Numbered from the stretch's first letter, positions 1-7,512 are shown. The stretch is 16,416 nucleotides of DNA from Candidatus Hodarchaeum mangrovi (GCA_016839515.1 JAEOUE010000247.1:1-16416); one strand, 5' to 3'. Made by a program: numbers and translations. Notes: generated from the letters alone by a model not told the origin.

Positions 1-1
1 A

Positions 2-508
2 CTTATTATAATTAATAAAATTGCTCGAATCTTGATGGAAATAAAAGAAGGTGAAATTGAAGGATTAGATGTCATTTTATGGTCTATTCAGGAAACTACC
101 CTTGATATAGCCTTAACCCTTTCCAAAAAATTATTTATTCATTCACCTCAACCTGATTGGTTATACACATTCTTTGGTTTCAAACGGAAGAAAGGTGTTT
201 CAATACTTACTAGGATGTGGGATCTTGATATCCTAGAGATTGGGGAAAATACTTTAATTGGCCCACAAACAATCGTCTCGGGACATCATATACGGAATGG
301 AAAATTGTTTCGACAGAGAATAATAATTGGAAAAAATTGTACAATTGGTGCAGGTTGTATTATTGGTCCAGGTGTAAAGATAGGAGATAATACAAAAGTA
401 GCCTATGGTTCAACTATTCCTCCCAAATGGATTCTCGAAAGCAATGCATTGTATGTTGGAGTTCCTGTAAAAAAGGTAAAGGATTTTACCAGCTCTAAGG
501 ATAGATAA
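2..508 (+). CDS. Hexapeptide-repeat (left-handed beta-helix) acyltransferase-like protein, probably 5'-truncated
   Basis: Repeats IGENTLIG / IGKNCTIGAGCIIGPGVKIGDNTKV and a C-terminal YVGVP motif. The frame is open from base 2 (LIIINKIARIL...) through the tracked TTG at 32, so the true start may lie outside the window. Confidence 0.8.
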   Translation, partial: LIIINKIARILMEIKEGEIEGLDVILWSIQETTLDIALTLSKKLFIHSPQPDWLYTFFGFKRKKGVSILTRMWDLDILEIGENTLIGPQTIVSGHHIRNGKLFRQRIIIGKNCTIGAGCIIGPGVKIGDNTKVAYGSTIPPKWILESNALYVGVPVKKVKDFTSSKDR

Positions 509-548
509 ACTCTATCCTTTAAACCTCTCGAGATCTTTTTTGTTTTTA
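497..548 (+). terminator. Perfect 9-bp hairpin followed by T-rich tracts
   Basis: AAGGATAGA (497-505) / TCTATCCTT (511-519) with loop TAAAC containing the stop codon. T-runs follow at about 536-548, in the gap between convergent genes. Confidence 0.45.
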
Positions 549-674
549 GAGCTCTTTTTCTATTTATAGGCATCATATTCACAAATAAAAATTCACATTA
601 CATAGAAAAAACTCAACTAAGCCTGGATAGTGACAGGTAGAGAGATCCTTGAGACGATAATAAAACAATTATTG

Positions 675-1142
675 TTAAATGAATAGTCCTTTTTTGTTTT
701 TTACGTAATATTGTTGATGATAATCTTCTGCTTTGTAATAATCTGATATGGGCTTAATCTCTGTAACAATGGATCTTTTAAATTTCTTTGAGTTTTCAAG
801 TTTTTTCTTAGAATCAAATGCCTTTTTTCTTTGTTCATCTGAATGATAGAAAATAATACTTCTATACTGAGTTCCAATATCTAGTCCTTGGCGATTTAAT
901 GTTGTAGGGTCATGCATATTCCAAAAATGTTGTAATAATTCATCATATGATACAAGATTTTCATCATATATTACTTCTACAGCCTCAGCATGACCTGTTA
1001 GACCTGTACACACTTCTTTATAGGTGGGGTTGGTCATTTTCCCACCTGTATAACCCACTGATGTCGAAATAACGCCTGGGATCTCACGAAATCGTGCTTC
1101 TATTCCCCAAAAACATCCTGCAGCAAAAGTTGCTTTTTCCAT
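675..1142 (-). CDS. msrA: Peptide methionine sulfoxide reductase MsrA
   Basis: GCFWG active site, GYTGG, TGHAEAV, HDPT, QGxDIGTQYRS and AEDYHQQY motifs. GTGAGGT RBS at 1149-1155. Confidence 0.97.
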   Translation of the reverse strand: MEKATFAAGCFWGIEARFREIPGVISTSVGYTGGKMTNPTYKEVCTGLTGHAEAVEVIYDENLVSYDELLQHFWNMHDPTTLNRQGLDIGTQYRSIIFYHSDEQRKKAFDSKKKLENSKKFKRSIVTEIKPISDYYKAEDYHQQYYVKNKKGLFI

Positions 1143-1365
1143 CTTGTAACCTCACAAAATGCTTGGCTTTACCTTGATATCTTTCAATAAATATAGATAA
1201 TTAAGTTATTCCCTTTATATTTCGTATTTATTTATTGAATATTTAAACAGAATTACGATTTTAGTTCTTCCCCTTTTAAAAACTAAATTATTTAAACTTC
1301 TTAGAAATTATATCGAAATAATTCAGATAAATGATTTTAATATAATTCTTATTTAGAAAAAAAAC

Positions 1366-1653
1366 ATGCCATCCAACTTTCAAGACTAGTTCAAACTATT
1401 AAACGATATTATTAAAGAGGATCCAGAGAATTATCAGCTTCGTATTCGAAATGTACAATTTCCATTTTGTAATCATAAAAATGACGAAGCAGCTGTGTGT
1501 TTTAATAAAGCGATTTCAGTTCATTCAAATGATCCCAAAGTTTGGGATGTCAAACGTAATTTTCTCGCTATTCAAGGAAAATTCTCAGAAGCTCTTGATT
1601 GTTTTAACAAAAGAATCATTCTTGCTTCATCCAAACCTCGAGTTTTTATCTAA
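1366..1653 (+). pseudogene. TPR-repeat protein remnant with in-frame TAG at codon 8
   Basis: Manual translation from ATG 1366: MPSNFQD*FKLLNDIIKEDPENYQLRIRNVQFPFCNHKNDEAAVCFNKAISVHSNDPKVWDVKRNFLAIQGKFSEALDCFNKRIILASSKPRVFI*. The segment EAAVCFNKAI...NDPKVW...QGKFSEALDCFNK matches the TPR consensus. Confidence 0.7.
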
Positions 1654-1717
1654 AGGAAGCACAAATCCTTTTCAATAGGATATTAGAAAGAAAAAGGAAA
1701 GGATAAACTCATTTTAA

Positions 1718-2071
1718 TTAAAAATAGTCTATTAATAGCACAACTCCACTGATAAAAAGAAGAAGTACACCCAATGTTCCACCAATTAATCCTAGCACAA
1801 TGTAAATAATTCCCCAAACTAGTTGATCACCTTTCCCTTTATTACTTAAGGCTTTATAACCATATATAGCTATAGTCCCACATATGATGGTGACTATTGC
1901 TATTACCACAAGATTTCCTTGAACAGCACCACTGATAATATTAAAATCAAAGAGCTGTAAGTTAAATTGGAGTAAATCTACAGCTTCTATCAGTTCAACA
2001 ATTCCAAGAATGATCATTATAAGTCCACCTACGGCACCCAATATTCTACCAATGAATTTTAAATCTGTCAT
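1718..2071 (-). CDS. Small Gly-rich integral membrane protein (about 4 TM helices), function unknown
   Basis: Hydrophobic segments with GxxGG patterns. GAGGT RBS lies 7 nt upstream of the ATG. Confidence 0.8.
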   Translation of the reverse strand: MTDLKFIGRILGAVGGLIMIILGIVELIEAVDLLQFNLQLFDFNIISGAVQGNLVVIAIVTIICGTIAIYGYKALSNKGKGDQLVWGIIYIVLGLIGGTLGVLLLFISGVVLLIDYF

Positions 2072-2228
2072 ATTTAATACCTCAAATTTTCACCAGTTAA
2101 ATGGTTGTTTTTAGAATATAGGAATTCTATTATGAATTGCAATTAGTTTGATTTCAAAAAGAATTTTCTGATCAATTATTATGCTCTAGGAAAAACAATT
2201 AATTCAATAATAACTAGCATAATTTATT

Positions 2229-3752
2229 GTGAATCGAAATTTAAAATCAAATATAAAGGAGTTTGGAGATTATCAAACTCCTGATGAATTAGCGAGTGAA
2301 ATAATTACCCTCATTCAAAAGGAAAATTTCCAGCCAGCGACCATTATAGAACCTACTTGCGGTTTAGGGGCTTTTATTTTAGCTTCAGGAGAACTTTTTC
2401 CTAATTCGCAGATTGTAGGAATTGATATTAATAAAACGTATGTAGAATATATAAATGACCAATTAAGAAGAAAAAAAAGCCCAAATAACATCGAAATACA
2501 AACAAGGGATTTTTTTACCATAAACTGGAAATCTTTGATATCAAATTACTCTGAACCTTATCTAATTGTTGGAAATCCTCCATGGATAACTACAGCTGAT
2601 CTTTCTGTCATTAATAGTAGAAATATTCCTAAAAAATTCAATATTCACAATTATCCAGGACTTGAGGCAAAGATGGGACGAAGTAACTTTGATATTTCAG
2701 AGTGGATGATGTTAGAACTTCTTAATAGTGTCAAAGATACTTCAACGACATTTGTACAAATATGTAAACTTAGTGTAGCGCGTAAGGTGTTTAAATATTG
2801 TGTTGATCATCAAATAAATATTGAAAAAGCTTATATATTTCTTATTGATGCCTTTTTTCATTTTAAAGCTAGTGTAGAAGCTTGTGTTCTGTTTCTTCAA
2901 TTAACTCCTGGAAAATTCACCTCTATATGTGAAATATTTGAAAAATTAAATAAAAATAAGTTACTTCATGAAATAGGAGTCATTGATGGAAAATTAATAG
3001 CAAATATAGAATATTATAGAAAATGGAATCATTTAAATGGAGAATCTCCTTTTGAATGGCGATCAGGAATTAAACACGATTCTGTAAAAGTTATGGAGTT
3101 TATAAAAGGAGAAAAACATTATATTAATGGATTGAAAGAAGAAATCGAAATAGAAAATGATTATTTATACCCGATGCTTAAAAGCTCTGATCTAGCAAAT
3201 AATAAGACCAACCCAAATCGTTGGATGTTGTTAACACAGAAACATACAGGCCAAGATACCTCAATACTTAGAAAAACTGCACCAAAAACATGGAAATATT
3301 TAATGGAAAAAGCATCTTATCTTGACAGAAGAAAAAGTGCTATTTATTTGAAACGCCCAAGATTTTCTATATTTGGTATTGGAGATTATACCTTGGAACC
3401 TTGGAAAATTGCTATTTCAGGTTTTTATAAAAATTTAAAATTTCTCTTTATAGGTCCAAAAGAAGGAAAACCAGTTGTTCTTGATGATACCTGTTATTTC
3501 CTTTCTTTTGATAATTATTGGAAAGCCATGTTAGTTCATACACTTCTAAATCATCCAATAACTGATGAATATTATCGTTCTTACATTTTTTGGGATATGA
3601 AACGTCCAATATCAAAACAAATCCTAATGAACTTAGATTTAAAAAAACTATTAGAGGAAATTGGTTATCAACATTTAATAGAAGCTTTAATGAAAAAAAA
3701 TCCATATTTAAAGCAAGAAAAGATACCTATAATTTTAAAAAATTTGTTTTAG
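2229..3752 (+). CDS. N6-adenine DNA methyltransferase, gamma class, M.NspV-like
   Basis: Motif X FGDYQTP, motif I EPTCGLG and motif IV NPPW in gamma order. Blocks GRSNFDISEWM, WRSGIKHD, RFSIFGIGDYT..PWKIAISGFYK and FWDxKRPI are recalled from M.NspV-type enzymes (from memory, not searched). Confidence 0.9.
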   Translation: MNRNLKSNIKEFGDYQTPDELASEIITLIQKENFQPATIIEPTCGLGAFILASGELFPNSQIVGIDINKTYVEYINDQLRRKKSPNNIEIQTRDFFTINWKSLISNYSEPYLIVGNPPWITTADLSVINSRNIPKKFNIHNYPGLEAKMGRSNFDISEWMMLELLNSVKDTSTTFVQICKLSVARKVFKYCVDHQINIEKAYIFLIDAFFHFKASVEACVLFLQLTPGKFTSICEIFEKLNKNKLLHEIGVIDGKLIANIEYYRKWNHLNGESPFEWRSGIKHDSVKVMEFIKGEKHYINGLKEEIEIENDYLYPMLKSSDLANNKTNPNRWMLLTQKHTGQDTSILRKTAPKTWKYLMEKASYLDRRKSAIYLKRPRFSIFGIGDYTLEPWKIAISGFYKNLKFLFIGPKEGKPVVLDDTCYFLSFDNYWKAMLVHTLLNHPITDEYYRSYIFWDMKRPISKQILMNLDLKKLLEEIGYQHLIEALMKKNPYLKQEKIPIILKNLF

Positions 3753-3844
3753 GATGGTATAATAATCTTATCACGAAATTATTTTTGTTAAGGTTGAAAT
3801 TAAATTAATAATTTGTCTTTATATTAGCATAAGATTGTGATTTT

Positions 3845-4996
3845 ATGTCGAAAGTTGCTGTACTTCGCACTAAACCTCAGACTATTATTGAAGATTATAG
3901 TAGTCTCTTAGATGAGATTAATTACAAATCTATTCTTAAAAATAGTGATATAAATACAATTATTAAGATTAATTTATCTTGGTCTCTCTTTTTCCCTGCT
4001 TGTTCCACTCCTCCATGGCAATTAGATGGTGTTCTAAAAAAACTAACAGAGGATGGTATGAAAACAGAAACAATTATTCCTACCGAGAATCAAACTGTAG
4101 TAACTCATCCTTGGAAAGGCGCCTATTTAAATAAATGGTTAAATGTCTTTAATTCATATAATGTAAAATATAGACCTCTCACAAATGAAAAATGGGTTCC
4201 TTACGACCCTAAAGGAGACGTTCCTTACATGAGGGAGCTATTCAAAGATAAAATTATAATTCCTGAAATTTATTTAAACTCAAATATAATTCATCTACCG
4301 ACAATTAAAACTCATGGACATACCATTATCACAGGAGCACTAAAAAATGCTTTTGGAGGTTTAATACCAAAATATCGTCATCATAGTCACAGAGTCATTC
4401 ATGAAATTTTAGTTGATCTATTAACTATCCAGAAAGAGATTCATCAAGGAATTTTAGCAATTACAGATGGAACAATTTCTGGGGATGGTGCAGGACCCCG
4501 TATAATGGATCCATTCGTTTCAAACCTTTTATTAGCAAGTGATGATCAGGTAGCCATTGATGCTATTTCTGCAAAGATTATGGGCTTTGATCCGTTAAAA
4601 ATAAAATTTATCAAAATGGCTCATGATCAAGGGTTAGGAACAGGAGATTTAAACCAAATTGACCTTATAGGTATGGATTCAGCAGAATTTAATAAGATAA
4701 ATTTTAATTTTCATACAGAACGAAGCCTAATAGTTAGATGGGATCAACGTATTCGTAATACAACATATAGATACCGGATCTTGAGACCAATTCATATGCT
4801 CCTTTTCCATACACCAATTTTCTGGTTATTTATTGCCACATCAGAAATCTATCATGATCGTATCTGGTATCCAATTAGAGGAAAAAGAAAAATTAAAGAA
4901 TTTAAGAACACAGAATGGGGGTCAATCTGGGAAAAATATTCTTATGGGGAAAAATTAACAAAATACCCTAAGATTCAGAATTGGAATCGATATTGA
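3845..4996 (+). CDS. DUF362 family protein
   Basis: IKINLSW, LPTIKTHGHT..TGALKNAFG, DGTISGDGAGP and LLLASDDQVAIDAISAKIMGFDP are typical DUF362 blocks. Confidence 0.85.
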   Translation: MSKVAVLRTKPQTIIEDYSSLLDEINYKSILKNSDINTIIKINLSWSLFFPACSTPPWQLDGVLKKLTEDGMKTETIIPTENQTVVTHPWKGAYLNKWLNVFNSYNVKYRPLTNEKWVPYDPKGDVPYMRELFKDKIIIPEIYLNSNIIHLPTIKTHGHTIITGALKNAFGGLIPKYRHHSHRVIHEILVDLLTIQKEIHQGILAITDGTISGDGAGPRIMDPFVSNLLLASDDQVAIDAISAKIMGFDPLKIKFIKMAHDQGLGTGDLNQIDLIGMDSAEFNKINFNFHTERSLIVRWDQRIRNTTYRYRILRPIHMLLFHTPIFWLFIATSEIYHDRIWYPIRGKRKIKEFKNTEWGSIWEKYSYGEKLTKYPKIQNWNRY

Positions 4997-5072
4997 AGGA
5001 AAAATTTTATCAATTAGTATTTAACCATTATAAATTAGTCCAACATCAACAAAGTTTACAAACCGGGATTTT

Positions 5073-5657
5073 TTGACTATGCATACGAATAAACTACCAC
5101 GTTGTGAGTGGGCAGGGGATGATCCACAAATGATTGCATATCATGATCTTGAATGGGGTGTTCCTGTTCATAATGACCGTGAATTATTTGAATTACTTGT
5201 ACTTGAAGGCGCGCAGGCAGGATTGAGTTGGACGACCATTCTTAAACGACGTGATGGATATAGAACAGCATTTGAAAACTTTGACCCTAAAATAATCTCA
5301 AAATATAATGATACCGATATTGAACGCCTTTTGGAAGATAAATCAATTATTCGTAATAAATTAAAAATTAAGAGCACTATAAATAATGCAAAAAGATTTA
5401 TAGAAATTCAATCTGAATTTGACTCATTTGACCAATATTTATGGGATTTTATTAATCACAAACCAATCCAGAATAAATTTAAAGCCCTTTCAGAGCTACC
5501 TTCTTTCACACCACTTTCTAAAGATATAAGTAATGATTTAAAAAAACGAGGGTTTACTTTTATTGGTCCTACAATTTGTTATGCATTTATGCAGTCAATC
5601 GGAATGGTAAATGACCACTTAATACACTGTTTCCGTTATCATGAATTAAATATCTAA
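5073..5657 (+). CDS. tag: DNA-3-methyladenine glycosylase I
   Basis: RCxW, YHDxEWGVP, LEGAQAGLSW, IIRNKLKI and GMVNDHLxxC zinc ligands. The start may be ATG 5079 rather than TTG 5073. Confidence 0.97.
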   Translation: MTMHTNKLPRCEWAGDDPQMIAYHDLEWGVPVHNDRELFELLVLEGAQAGLSWTTILKRRDGYRTAFENFDPKIISKYNDTDIERLLEDKSIIRNKLKIKSTINNAKRFIEIQSEFDSFDQYLWDFINHKPIQNKFKALSELPSFTPLSKDISNDLKKRGFTFIGPTICYAFMQSIGMVNDHLIHCFRYHELNI

Positions 5658-5924
5658 ATCTACTTATTTTGGTCATTTTTAATTAATTATAAAGATCAAC
5701 CTTTTTAGATAGATTTCAGAGATTAGACATCTTTTTTGTTTGATACTAAATCAACCACGGCAAATAATACAGGAAATTCAGTCTAGATACATTTATTTAT
5801 TCTATAAATTAATTTTGATTAATATTTTTAAAAGCTTTGCTATTACTATAATTTATACGCTTATCTTAATTATTAGAATATCTTATTTTGTTAATCATTA
5901 AACCAGCTCTTTTTATGCTATTTG

Positions 5925-5940
5925 CAAATGCTTAAATATT
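5925..5940 (+). promoter_or_regulatory. Possible archaeal TATA box for the small-peptide unit
   Basis: TTAAATA at 5932-5938, about 25 nt upstream of a GC-richer segment starting near 5961. Weak, because the background is AT-rich. Confidence 0.25.
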
Positions 5941-6019
5941 CTCATAGAAAACAATTTTCCAGCGGCCTCTAAAAGAAATTGCGGTCGTAATGAATCTGAT
6001 TTGAAATAAGGTGAACTAA

Positions 6020-6088
6020 TTGTCTAAAAAGAAAAGTAGTACAAAGAAAAAAACAGAAAAATCTTCAGCAGCTAAGAAAAAGAAATAA
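6020..6088 (+). CDS. 22-aa Lys-rich micro-protein MSKKKSSTKKKTEKSSAAKKKK
   Basis: AAGGTGA RBS at 6008-6014, 5 nt before TTG. 11 of 22 residues are Lys, with mixed AAA/AAG codons. TAA stop at 6086-6088. Absent from the ORF track. Confidence 0.65.
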   Translation: MSKKKSSTKKKTEKSSAAKKKK

Positions 6089-6112
6089 TTGTCAAGTTAT
6101 TTAACCATTAAA

Positions 6113-6149
6113 CACTAGAGAAAGCTTGATTCATCAATCTTATCTGGTG
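6113..6149 (+). promoter_or_regulatory. Intercistronic RNA stem-loop
   Basis: CACTAGA/TCTGGTG, AAG/CTT and TTGA/TCAA stems (14 pairs, one G-U) with a TTCA loop. Confidence 0.5.
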
Positions 6150-6196
6150 CAAATAATGTTTTTCAAATTTATTACCTAGGAGGTAAATAACAAAAA

Positions 6197-6310
6197 ATGG
6201 GATCTAAAGATAAAAAGAAAGACCTTGATGAGGAAGAAGAAGATTTAGATGAAGATTGGGACGACGAAGAAGATTGGGACGACGAAGACGACGACTGGGA
6301 AGATGAATAG
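6197..6310 (+). CDS. 37-aa hyper-acidic Trp-repeat micro-protein MGSKDKKKDLDEEEEDLDEDWDDEEDWDDEDDDWEDE
   Basis: GGAGGT RBS at 6179-6184, ATG at 6197, tandem TAG TAG stops and a downstream T8 tract. 25 of 37 residues are Asp/Glu, with in-frame GAN periodicity. Absent from the ORF track. Confidence 0.8.
   Translation: MGSKDKKKDLDEEEEDLDEDWDDEEDWDDEDDDWEDE
6251..6286 (+). repeat. Perfect 18-bp tandem repeat GAAGATTGGGACGACGAA x2 (EDWDDE), followed by a degenerate third copy
   Basis: Read directly at 6251-6268 and 6269-6286. Confidence 0.9.
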
Positions 6311-6335
6311 TAGTCTTTAATAATCTCAAGATCAC

Positions 6336-6368
6336 TCCCTCTTTTTTTTCCTTAAATTTTCCATTTTC
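6336..6368 (+). terminator. Oligo-T/pyrimidine-rich archaeal-type terminator
   Basis: TCCCTCTTTTTTTTCC (T8 at 6342-6349), about 30 nt after the acidic peptide stop and before the convergent gene. Confidence 0.55.
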
Positions 6369-6370
6369 AA

Positions 6371-7456
6371 TTAAGATTTATTAATTAGTGGAGAGGGAAC
6401 TTGATTGGTATGGAATGGTTTCCAAGTAAAAACTAATAGAATATCAATTATTATAACCATTTGAGAGATAGTACATAATAAACAGATGAATTCTAAGAGA
6501 AATAATTCAATATAAAGAAGATAAAATAAAGATAAAAATCCAACAAATAACAATAAGGTAAGTAACTTATACAATAGCTGTAAATTTTTTTCTGTTATAA
6601 CTATAAATTTCCTAGTTTCAATATTAATGGAGAATGGAGTGGGAATAATACTTATGAAATTAATTATTATGAAAATAGAACTCATAAGCCCTATACCCAT
6701 TAAAGAAAATGGTATCTCTATATTAAAAAGCATTAGATGATCATATCTACGAAATAACAATACCTGAGCCAAATTACCTCCAGCACAGCCACATCCACCA
6801 CGAATATAATCAAGGAGTTGATAAGTAAGGGTTATCAATGAGATTAAGGTCAATCCAATAAGAATCAAAAAACGTTTTTTTGAGATCCTTTTGAGTACCT
6901 TTTGATTACGATTTGGGGAAAAATACCATAAGCAGGGAATATTTAAGAAAATTAAACCTCCAAGGATTAATAATGAAGAAATTCCAAGCAATGGTAGATC
7001 AAGAGACTCAATTGAAATTTTTGGGATGAATGGTTGTGATGTTTTAGGAACAGTATATCCTGAATCTGTTAGAATTGCTAGAAAGGTGGTTTCAATCGAT
7101 TCAAGGTTTCTTTCATCTATAATTATCAGCTGATTATCTCCCCAATGGAATATAACCCATGGGAAACCTTGTAATGTGGAAGTATTAATGTCAAGAGAAT
7201 CAATTATATCCCAATATGATGCTAGTCCGATTTCAGTGTAGGTATCTATTAGAAGAAAATCTATGGTCTCATTATCTCTATAAGAATTGTAAAAAGGTTT
7301 AACATATGTGCTATATTTTGACATACAAGCAGAACATTCAGAATAATAAATTATGTAACATTCTATTAGGACTGGTTGGGCTGAATGAGAAGGAACGGGA
7401 GTGATTAATAATAAGAATATACTTAATACGATAATTAGATTTTTCTGTCTTAGCAT
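6371..7456 (-). CDS. Thioredoxin-like domain fused to a VKOR-family membrane domain
   Basis: N-terminal signal-like segment, CSAC motif and GFP cis-Pro loop. The C-terminal multi-TM region has loop CGC, IPFSLMGIG and YLLYIELFLLEFICLLC, matching the VKOR CxxC helix. Confidence 0.75.
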   Translation of the reverse strand: MLRQKNLIIVLSIFLLLITPVPSHSAQPVLIECYIIYYSECSACMSKYSTYVKPFYNSYRDNETIDFLLIDTYTEIGLASYWDIIDSLDINTSTLQGFPWVIFHWGDNQLIIIDERNLESIETTFLAILTDSGYTVPKTSQPFIPKISIESLDLPLLGISSLLILGGLIFLNIPCLWYFSPNRNQKVLKRISKKRFLILIGLTLISLITLTYQLLDYIRGGCGCAGGNLAQVLLFRRYDHLMLFNIEIPFSLMGIGLMSSIFIIINFISIIPTPFSINIETRKFIVITEKNLQLLYKLLTLLLFVGFLSLFYLLYIELFLLEFICLLCTISQMVIIIDILLVFTWKPFHTNQVPSPLINKS

Positions 7457-7512
7457 TAGCTTCTAGACCTATGAGAGTAATATTCAATTCCTAACATGAT
7501 TAATCTATTAAA

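Noticed and set aside
605-660. Stem-loop in the msrA 3' region (CTCAA/TTGAG, CCTG/CAGG) as a SECIS element
   Set aside because: MsrA has Cys (TGT) at the active site and no in-frame TGA, and no SECIS core motif is evident. At most a terminator-associated structure.
1451-1678. Tracked 75-aa ORF
   Set aside because: Shadow frame over the TPR-like frame 1366-1653.
2315-3808. ORFs 2315-2521(-), 3448-3705(-) and 3590-3808(+)
   Set aside because: Overlap the methyltransferase and have no motifs.
5168-5377. Antisense 69-aa ORF
   Set aside because: Shadow of tag.
6251-6307. Direct repeats as a mini-CRISPR
   Set aside because: Head-to-tail 18-mers with no spacers, in frame within a coding sequence.
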